DNA of 64,000 nt from a virus, in IMG/VR virus record IMGVR_UViG_3300033148_007030, positions 1 to 64,000 of that record; one strand, 5' to 3'. Positions 47,801 through 57,500 of the stretch are shown here, one piece after another (the first letter of the stretch is position 1; the number at the start of each line of letters is the position of its first letter). The position numbers were made by a program, and so were the translations under genes. The notes beneath the pieces are model-generated. The model saw nothing but the letters and a program-made list of their open reading frames with translations, was not told where the DNA came from and searched no databases.

Positions 47801-50800
47801 TTAATTAAAAAGAGATATATACTCCTTTATTTCCTGGAGATCTCGACGAATGGCTGATCGTTCTTTAATAGTAAAAGATCGGGATGTTCCAGAAAAAACT
47901 GGTTTTCTTTTTTTTCGTAAAAAGTTGTCAATATGATACTTTTTTGCTTGGGTAGTTTGTTCCATCCCCCAATTAAACAATTCTCCTGGAGAAAATATTA
48001 TTAATCTCAAAAGTTCTTTAGCTTCCTTAGTTAAATCATAGTAAGCCTCTTTCTTCATCAACTGTGATTCTGGATTCTCTCCATGAATTGCTTCAACTGT
48101 AAATACTTCTCTCTGCATAGTAGATCTCCTTTCATTTAAGGTTAAATTCTTATCTCTGCCTATCTCCTCCAAGATAAGCAAAGTAAAAACTTAACTAACT
48201 TCTACATATTCCATTGTCACTTGAAGCAGATGATCATAATCGCCGGCTATGGCCTCGTTCATATACTTATCGCAATACTCATGATCTGCCCCCGCATCCT
48301 TCAATACTTTTTTTACTCTACCTATAATTGCAAATGCGTTCCCATCTTTACCTACTAATTCTACTTCTGGTTTTGTTTCTGGTGCTTTCATCATAGTCTC
48401 CTTTCTGATTGTTTACTGATTTCTTTCCCATAATTTCATGTTTGCATGTACCTTGTCGGTTAAACTGATTGAGTTAGAAATATTTTTACCTGCTCGTACA
48501 GCTCCATTCTTACCGACCCAATAAAATGAATCAGGAGAAGAACCAGTGAACTTTCTGTATCTATTCTTAGAAGGTAATTCTTGTTTATTCAGCCCTTCCA
48601 TTAAATGACGAATGACTCTGTCGGTTAATGTTTTTGGTTGCCCTTTCCTTGGTCCTTTTGCATAAGTCTGATATGACAACATCTTCTTTCTCCTTTCTTT
48701 TTATAAAAGATTATCCTTTCAACTTCTCTCCACGAGTATTGTATAATTGTCCTCTTCCTCTACCTAAACCAGTTCCATGAATTGTAAAACAAGGATCACA
48801 CATTATGGTCCAGTGACCTGTCCTAGTTTTCCCATCAACAAAAGTACCAACAAGATCAGCACCACATAAATCACATCTTTTGGGAACTGGTAAAATCCAA
48901 CTATTTTTCGGAGTTTCCTGCTCCAAAATCATTCGTAATCTTCCCATCATTTTCTCCTTCCATTTTTAATTGACGTAAACATCTCCAAAAAGCAATCCTA
49001 TTTGACCTACCTTCTATTTTAGGATATAAGACTTTGGCTTCTTCTAATGTTAAACTCCTCACTACACCTTTTTCAAGATCAATTTCAACCAATCTCTCAT
49101 CATACTCCTGCTCCTGTCTGGAATATTCAGGATACATATCTGGTATACATTCCGAAGACATTGCTATTGATTTAAAACTCGCTGGCCCAAAATCGTATAA
49201 AGTTTCTATTACCATCATTTTCTCCTTTCTTCTAAGATTAACATTCAACCACCCCTCTATTCTTCATCAGCTTAAAGCTGGGGGCCGATAAATATAATAG
49301 CCAAGAATAGAGGGTAGACAAAAAATTAATCTCTCGGCCTTTTTGCATGACCGCTTTTCCTTCTTGGACTTTCATGAGCATAACATCTATCTGCAGATGG
49401 TTGTCTTTCGACCACATTCTTCTTTAATGGTTTTCCACAAGCTGCGCAACGTTTATTGCTCATTTCTCTAAAATCATAAAGTTTCTTTGTCATCGTTTTT
49501 CTCCTTTCTTTTTAAAATTAAAATGAATGAACGGAAGAGATTGGTTTCGACCTTGCTTCCCCACGATTCGTTTTCAAGCACGTTCGACAGACGAAATTGC
49601 GGTACTCACGTCCATTGCGGATTGGTTACCGCGGCCCCGCTTGGCGTTCTGTGCCTCGCATTGCCAGTTTTGCTACTTTCTTTTCACTACACGTTACTTA
49701 AAAGCCGTGGCCAAATTACCCTATGGGCTATGGCAACTACTCGCTACTAAGTTTCACATCCTGGATGCGCGTCTTGTTTCCCTCAATGTCGGCTTATGTG
49801 TACCCTACTTCCGTTCATTTGAAAGCTATTCTTTTGAATATATTTTTGCCCAGTCTTGTATATCATTCCAAGCTAACTTACAAAGTAGATAAATAGGTTG
49901 AGTCATTGCCTTGTCAAAACCAAGCTTCTCTGTTGCTTTATCAGCGGCATCATAAATTGAAAGTTTATAACAAAGATCAAAGTTATATATTTCATCTTTA
50001 TGTTTATCTGCCTCCTCTTGATCAAAGGATTCTTCTCTTAACTTTTGAGTTAATAATATTGCTTCTGCGAACCTTTCCTCTGGCAATCTTTCACTAAAAT
50101 CTATCATTGTCATTCTCCTTTCATTTAAGGTTAAATTCTTATCTCTGCCTACTTCCTCAAATAGACAGAGTAAAAAATCAATAATGAATCAAATACATCA
50201 TTATGCCAATACCAACTACAAATACAAGAAGTACCCATTCTGTCCAATCAGATTTGATTTTCATATTTTCTCCTGTTTATTTTTATTGACAATGCCCGCA
50301 ATCAGGGCAAACAAATATTTTATCAAATTCTTGCCATTCCATAGCTTCTGCATCGTTGCCGCACTCTTCGCATTTCCCAGCGTTTTCAGCGAGGGCTGCT
50401 TCCGTCTCTTCCAAAAGAATTCCAGCAAATTCTTCCATCGCTTTATTTTCGAGCTGTTTAGCTGTTAATTCTTTTGCTCGTTTCATCATTCTGTCAAAAA
50501 TTTTAAATTGTGTCCCACTGTCCAGTGAGTCAAACTTTACTTTATTTAACATTGTCCTGTCCTCCCGTTAAAGTTTAGATCTCTTTTCTTTTAAGTAATT
50601 TGATTATTCTTTCTGGTTTCTGTTCTTCTTGATTTCTCCTCCTCAATCTTTTTAGCCTTTTTCCTTCCAAGATATATTCGTTATATGCCGGACAATCTTC
50701 ATTACAATAAAATCTACAAATAACGGCATCAACACGAACAATACCATTGAAGATTGGGCCTTGCCCTCTATCGCAATAATCCGGTCGGGGCATAAAACTA

Positions 50801-52078
50801 TCTTGCATACTTCTTTGTGGTTTCAAATCTATTAGTTTTCTTTTCATTTATCCTCCTTCTACTTTATAATAATTTCAGTTTGGTTTTCTAAAACTGCCGC
50901 GGAAGCCCCCTTTTTTGCTTCCTCATCAGAAATTTTCAAGCCTCGAAGAGTGTAATAAATCTCTTGGTATGTTTGTCCTGCATGAATTCTTACCCCTTTG
51001 TAATTAATATATACTGATTGAGCCATTTCCATTATCTTTCTCCTTCTTGTTAAAGTTAATTCCTTATCTCTGCCTATTTCCTCAAATAAGCAGAGTAAAA
51101 ATTTAACTTTCTTTGGCAATCAAATCGTAGAGTTTGGCTTTGAGAGCAACAACTTCCATTTCCAAGGCATCAATAGCATCAGCTTTCTTATCAATTATAT
51201 CTTCCAGATCAGATTTGTCTTCATACAACTGCGCTACTGTTCCAGTAAGAGCGTCCGATCTTTCTGATTGTATTTTAACATTTGCTGCAAGACCTTCAGT
51301 TTCCTTTTTCCAAAATTCAATTGTATTTTTCAGATCTTCTATCTCTTCTTTGAGAGGTTGACTGACCCCAAAACCCCAATCGTAAAGATCAGGTGGGAAA
51401 TCATTCTTAATTTGTTGACTTACCCAACCTACTAATTTATCTGTAAAAAAATCCTTCAGGTAAGTATCTGTTCCTGAATATATCTTCTGGAGTTTCTCAA
51501 GAACCACTATCTCCTCTGCCTTTGCTGGGTCGTCAGTATTTATTGTTATTCTGCTTGTCATGATGTTCTCCTTTCTTTAAGTTAAAGTTAATCCTTCATC
51601 AATGCCCCTATCCAAAGGAGCATTGTCAAGGGTTACTGTTTATAAGCAATTAAAGTACCAGGATCATGCCATTCAATAAGATAATTCATTCCTTCAACAG
51701 CCTCTTTAAGTTTTTCATTAATCCAAGGATAACCTCCTCTAAACTCACCATAATAGTCAGCCGCATTGAACTCATCAATCTCCCCGCCCTCGGCAGCATT
51801 CCCAAGATGTACTTTCTCCTCTCCTTGCGCATGAATACCGTCGATATTAGGGAACATCGCTTTCAAATTACTTTCAACTATTATTGCTGTAATCTTTTCC
51901 ATCTTCATTCTCCCTTTTATGTTAAAAATCGGTGTAGATTTAATTACCTTGTAGCTCCCTTCCCAAACTCGTGGGCTTCCCTTAATGTCCAAAACTTTTC
52001 TATGTTTACCTTGGTACCGTTAATTGTCAACCATACCCTGTAGCCACCGTCAAATAACTGCTGAATTTCGTATCTCAT
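47801..52078 (-). CDS. Early/host-takeover region of about 12 small unknown ORFs
   Basis: Short ORFs with strong AAAGGAGA SDs separated by repeated leader hairpins. Confidence 0.6.
48126..48190 (-). promoter_or_regulatory. Leader module (12-bp hairpin, TTAACYTTA enhancer-like tract, SD); close copies at 50113-50178 and 51039-51102, structural variants at 51567-51634 and 52085-52155
   Basis: CTYTGYYTATYT-loop-ARRTAGGCAGAG-ATAAG(G)AA(T)TTAACYTTAA...AAGGAGA. Confidence 0.75.
49526..49819 (-). ncRNA. Candidate ~295-nt structured non-coding RNA
   Basis: GC-rich island closed by a perfect 12-bp stem AATGAACGGAAG/CTTCCGTTCATT, with nested helices. Confidence 0.6.
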
Positions 52079-52517
52079 CTTCTTTCTCCTTTCTTTAGTT
52101 AAAATTAATCCTTCGTTCTTGTCCACCATCTCTGATAGACAAGACCAAGAATCAAATTATCTGGTGGTTTCTAAATCCTTTACTGTCCGGGAAAACAGCC
52201 CGTCGAGCCTAAGGACTACCTGAATCCCATTACCGTATGTGTTTGGCTGGCATCGCTCAACCAGTTGCAACTATCGGCTTCTATTGTCAAAAAACAATTA
52301 AGAGCTTTGCTTCCTAGATTTTCTTTTATGTTTAATTTCTTCTTCATTGTAATTATATATATAATATAAATAATATAATAAATAAAACCTGATATAAACC
52401 GATATAAGCTGATTATGGTTGATTATCGACGGTTAAATAATAGAATGCTTAATTTCTCTTAGTTATACTTAATATTCCTTTAGTTTTCTTTGATTTTTAA
52501 AACAGGAAACTAATTTA

Positions 52518-52613
52518 TTCAATGATTTCAACAACTTATAGAAAACAAGAAAAATCAATTTTTTTAATTTTTTTTAAAAATAATTTTTCAATGATTTCAA
52601 TAACTTATAGAAA
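52518..52613. repeat. 27-bp direct repeat x2 (1 mismatch) in the AT-rich junction
   Basis: ttcaatgatttcaaYaacttatagaaa at 52518-52544 and 52587-52613. Confidence 0.8.
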
Positions 52614-52639
52614 CCCATTAATTTTTTATCCTTTTAAAC

Positions 52640-52679
52640 AAAAAATAGGGGTATGACAATTTATTTTGTCATACCCCTA
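52640..52679 (-). terminator. Intrinsic terminator of the lysis operon
   Basis: 14-bp stem TAGGGGTATGACAA/TTGTCATACCCCTA followed by a T run on minus. Confidence 0.8.
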
Positions 52680-52700
52680 CCAGGTTCTACTAAAACTATA

Positions 52701-53096
52701 TTATTTTTTCTTATCTAGAAGATACCCAACTCCATAACTACCAAAGTAAAAGATTATTATAGCTATAATTGGATTCTTGAGTACCATTGAACATTCAAAA
52801 AGTCGTTTCGACCAACCAACAAACCATGGATAAACAAAGGCTGACATCAAAAGCAATAAAAGAAAAGCACTACAAAACATTATAGCTATTACCCTACGAG
52901 TAATTGATCGAATTGAACTTTCACTTACTGCAAGTTCTACTCTTTTCATAATAAGTTGACCAGTTGCTATCATAGCATCATGCTTCTCTTCTTTAGTAAA
53001 AAACAATTTGTCCAATCCTGCAACTGCCCCTTCTGCTACAGTAGACATAGTATCAACTGCTTTCTTACTTCCCGATAAAAAACTAAACAATCCCAT
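52701..53096 (-). CDS. Holin-like membrane protein
   Basis: LDKLFFTKEEK, TM helices, YFGS; follows the endolysin. Confidence 0.7.
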   Translation of the reverse strand: MGLFSFLSGSKKAVDTMSTVAEGAVAGLDKLFFTKEEKHDAMIATGQLIMKRVELAVSESSIRSITRRVIAIMFCSAFLLLLLMSAFVYPWFVGWSKRLFECSMVLKNPIIAIIIFYFGSYGVGYLLDKKK

Positions 53097-53106
53097 CTTA
53101 CCCTCC

Positions 53107-53703
53107 TTAAAAAAGATTTATAATTTCTATCTGATCACCTTCTTTTAATGTAGGAACTATTTCTTCTTGAAACTTTCTAAAAGTATTCCCACTATTCAGA
53201 ACAGCTCTATTTCCTGTAAGTTTCCCTAATTCACTTCCCATTAAATTACAACCCAAAGATTGGCGTTCCCAATTTCCCGAATGAAATAATAAAGCGGTAT
53301 GTCCAGGAACAATAATCTCCATAGTATTATGCCACTTAGTATCTTCATTGCCTGGAAAATATCTCACAGGATAAACTCCAGGAGGAATTTGAAAACGCTG
53401 AGGATCTTTGTCATCCGGTTCTAACAACCAACAGAATACTTTCCCATCTGCTGAAAAAGATCCTATAGCGCCATCTTCAGTTTGTTCTTGCCGAACGTTT
53501 CTAAACCTTGTTTTCATTTTATTACCCCCTTTAACCATTCCAAGAAACTTTGAAACATTTTGTCTCATTTGTTTACTATGCTTTGCTTCCTCATGAAACC
53601 AAATTTCAAAACTTGTTAAGAAATCTTCTAGATACGCTTCCCAATCCCCTGGCAGAGAAGAAGAAGGCATATACTCCTTATTAATAAAAGCTTGTAGATC
53701 CAT
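53107..53703 (-). CDS. Putative endolysin (DUF5675-like); internal start likely at 53517
   Basis: LLEP, IPPGVY, VPGHTALLFHSGN...SLGC.LMG, VLNS..TF. Confidence 0.7.
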   Translation of the reverse strand: MDLQAFINKEYMPSSSLPGDWEAYLEDFLTSFEIWFHEEAKHSKQMRQNVSKFLGMVKGGNKMKTRFRNVRQEQTEDGAIGSFSADGKVFCWLLEPDDKDPQRFQIPPGVYPVRYFPGNEDTKWHNTMEIIVPGHTALLFHSGNWERQSLGCNLMGSELGKLTGNRAVLNSGNTFRKFQEEIVPTLKEGDQIEIINLF

Positions 53704-53713
53704 TGGCTCAACC

Positions 53714-54492
53714 TCATTGGCTGTCTTTAAAATTTATAATAGATTTCAATGCAAATATATCATTCGTTGATACGACACCTTTTGGAACATCATTAATTTG
53801 CATTTCCAACTTCCCTTCCTGTATAATAAATTCTACATTTAGAAGTTCAGTAAACTCTTTTTGAAACCATTGAGCTTTCGTAGTAAAAAGAAACTGACCT
53901 GGATTTGGCTGAATCAATTTTCCTTGGGCATCCTTATCCCCATATTTGTCAACAAGATTTTGTTTTTGCTTAACAAAAGCATTTATAGGGCTTTGCAGCT
54001 TATCCAAAATTATCGATAATTTGAAACTAAACGCAGCTGATAAATCAACAGGATTCCCATGCATGTCTTTCGATTCTCGTAACCTTGTTAACCCATCACA
54101 GTTAATCAACATTTCCAAATCTGAATTTTTCAAAGTTATTTGGTTCTTCTTTTTTGCTAATTTTAATACTTTCTTGTTTGCCATTTCTTTGCCCCCGGAT
54201 TAAATGTTTAAAATTTGAAACCTAGTTTAATTCCTTTTTGTCGGTCAGATATTATAAACCCCCAACAGATTCCATTAGAAAGAGTTAATATCATTTTCTT
54301 ATGTTTTGGAAATAGTTTCGTTGCTCCATAAACCATTCCAATCTCTACCACTTTTGTAATATACACTTGTTGCTTGGATGGATGCTTTCCATATATAGGG
54401 TTGATTTCCCAATACCCCATCTCCTGTTGATAATTCATATTTCCTGCTGATATAATCTGTCCTGCTATAAATAATGCCCATAAATAATTCAT
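53714..54492 (-). CDS. Tail-region hypothetical protein (53714-54184) and small membrane protein (54208-54492)
   Basis: LVDKYGDKD...F..EF.ELLN.E pattern; EINPIYG with hydrophobic segments. Confidence 0.6.
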
Positions 54493-54512
54493 ATAACCCT
54501 CCTTTTCTATTT

Positions 54513-54549
54513 AGTATATAATAGAAAAAAGAGAAGTTTTACAACTAAA
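54513..54549 (-). promoter_or_regulatory. Putative promoter motif, copy 2
   Basis: TTTAGTTGTAAAACT...TTTTTTCTATTATATACT. Confidence 0.45.
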
Positions 54550-57500
54550 TTTGTTTTTTGCTTTTATTTTCTAATTTTTTCATTCTCTCATCTAATTGCA
54601 TAACTGCCTGATAAAGCAAATCAGACTTTGTGCCTATTTTTTCTAAATAATGGTTTCCTTCATCCTTCACAAATAACCAAGGATACTTCGGGTGCAGCCT
54701 TTTCATATCAAAACGCTCATGTTTCCATTCATCAAATATACCAGATCCTGGCTGTACAATATCATTAATTATTTTAAGGGCATCTCCTGGAATAATTTCA
54801 CATGTTCCTTCTGTAATGCAGTTGGTGACTGTTAAATCCACCATCCAGCCATGTTTCCATCTTAAATCAGTAGTCCCTAATTCCTGGGAGTTATTAGCAT
54901 AGGGTCGAAGATCTGAACCATCTATTCTTACATATTCTTCATCTGCATCCGCATACACAAAGACTCCAGCTTGATGGGTAGCATCCCAATCTGAGAACAT
55001 ATTTATTTGTGTATGAGTGGCTCCGGAATAAATTTCTATATTACTGTTATCATTTCCAGTGTCCATTTGGTCATATATAGTTCTTGCTTGCCAATTATAC
55101 TGAGCAAGTTGGTATATTCCTATAAATGCTTTAATTGACCCACCTCCACCAAACTCATAGCCAATATAAAAATTCCCATCCTCAGCGGTAGCTGGGTAAA
55201 TAGCAAAATTATCGCTTGTTTTATGTGCTCCCATATGAATATCAGTACCGTCAGTAACCCATTTAAGCAATGCAGGGTTGGCATCAGCCCCATTCATAAT
55301 GAGATCGCCGCCAGCTTCAAGAGTTATGCTTCCGCCACTCTTAATCGTAATAGCGTTCGCCTGTGCCGTACTTATCGACACCCCTGTTCCCTGCACATAC
55401 TGAAAATACTCATTGGCCCCATCACCTGCGTAGAATTTCGCCTTCCATCCGGCGTCATCTACCCAGATTAATTGTATTCCCGCATTCCCAAACGTAGCAT
55501 CATTAATAGCAATTGAACCGGCTGTTACACCAGTGCCTACCAGAATGGACGAGCCAACATACACATCTCCACCATCAATTTTCGTCCTATCACTTGCATG
55601 AGTAAATGACCAGGCAAGTTCATCAACTCGCTTGAGGTAGATATTATCAAATGCTGCCCAACCGTCGGCGGTAATAGCTCCCAGCATAAGAAGCAAAAAT
55701 TTTACCCCCGCTGGTACAGTGTAAATACCCGACTTAGTAGTCCACGCAGCGTCTAATGAGGTTACTGTCGTGCCCCACTCCACGATCCCCTTGTCTTTAT
55801 CTAGGGCACGAGACGACATCCATGCAGTGCATACTGTATCACTTTTTAGTGACCCGCCTAACTCATAGGTTTCACCCTCATTAACTTCAAAATACCGAGT
55901 AGTACCATCTGGATTAAGATAAAAAGGATGATTATTTCCGCCAGCTCTAACTACTTTAAGATATTTATTGCTATCATCTCCACCAGCAACCTCGGTTGAT
56001 ATGCCTACTCCACTTGTCCAGTAATATGCATTTGTCCCATCTGTCTCCTCAAATCCTCCGTTCATAAGCATATTCTGGAGGGATGGGTTGCCGATGATCT
56101 CCACGAGTCCTTTAACAATTAATTTCCCAGATGTTTCATCATAAGTTGTGTAATTTCCTGCCAAGGTGGAATCTCCATATGCAAACCCATACGCATCAGC
56201 AACATAGCCGTAAGAACCATTAAGATTACCCAACCTCATTTGTGTAGTAAGTGTTGTCCAGGGAGCACCTGCATGAGTAATTACTGATAGATAAGGCGCA
56301 TTTGCTTCTGAGGCAGTAATGTAGACAAAGCCATCTCCGCTTTGCCGGTAATTCACCACCGTCGCACCCTTTTTCCACAAGGGATTGGTGTCTGCTGCAT
56401 AATCCACGTTCATATCCCTTGTCACCGTATAGTCAGCCCCGGCAGCTCCTGTTACTTCGATCCACTCATCATCCGTATCATCCTTAATCCTCAGGAAATC
56501 CCCCACGGCGAACGTCTCATTTCCTTCTATAACAACATGACAATTGTCGAGTGCGGTCATAGTTGTGGCCAGCACATCTGCAGGCAACACGGCAAGGTTC
56601 CCACCCACTGCACTTACAATATCTTTCTGAAATACGGCTGTACGGATAATCCCTCTTGCCGCTATATTTCCCACTTCCAATAAATCCGGCTCCAAGGTAA
56701 AGCCTGCCCCGGCCATGCCTGCAACATAGTTAGAACTGCGAATACGTAAATTTGCCCCATCTAAAGTAAGATAATCACCTGTTGTAGGTCCAAGCCTAAT
56801 CAGAGTATTGTCACTATCTATATATACATTGGCATTAGCAGCTACAGCATTGTCTGCCAAAGCAGTAGCACTTATTATCCACCCGCCAATAGATCCTGAA
56901 TTTGCAGTGATATTTCCAGACAATACAAGGTTGGCTCCATTCCAATACATATAATCAGTAGCATCCCCTAAATACATCTTCACTTTATTTCCGTCAGAAT
57001 CATCTATTCCAATAATGAAACCATTATCAGCAGTGGTAAAATCTGTCTTACCTGCTCCAATATAGATATCTCCTTCCCCATCTGCCACAGTTAATGTAAT
57101 AGAAGCTGATTGACCTACTCCATCTCCAAGCAATATGGGTCCAACCCATGTCTCAGGACCATAAACTACATAATTACGTCCATGAGGATCTGAAGGAGGT
57201 GTAATAACAAAAGAATCATGAATGGCTGAATAATATTCTCGGCACTCTAGCTCAAATTTTGATACTCCTCCTTTCGTGATCTTGTCTATCACATATTCTT
57301 TGGAAGCTAAATTTCTTCCAGGAGCTGTGACAGTAATTATTTGTCCACGAGAAAGATCTCTTCCTTCCATACCTACATTAATAGCAGCTTTGTTATCTGA
57401 ATAGATAGAACGATTTTTCAAATAGTTTAAAACATTTGTTGCGGTTCCATCTTCCAAGACAAATGGCAATTCATAAGTTCTGGTCACCCCAAACGCAGCA

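Noticed and set aside
48119-48181. Shared N-terminal peptide EEIGRDKxLTL in ORFs 47801-48181 and 50859-51119
   Set aside because: Translation of the non-coding leader repeat; SD-supported starts are at 48118 and 51032
49487-49892. Plus-strand ORFs 49487-49750 and 49527-49892
   Set aside because: Opposite to the uniform gene orientation, atypical composition, and overlap the structured RNA candidate
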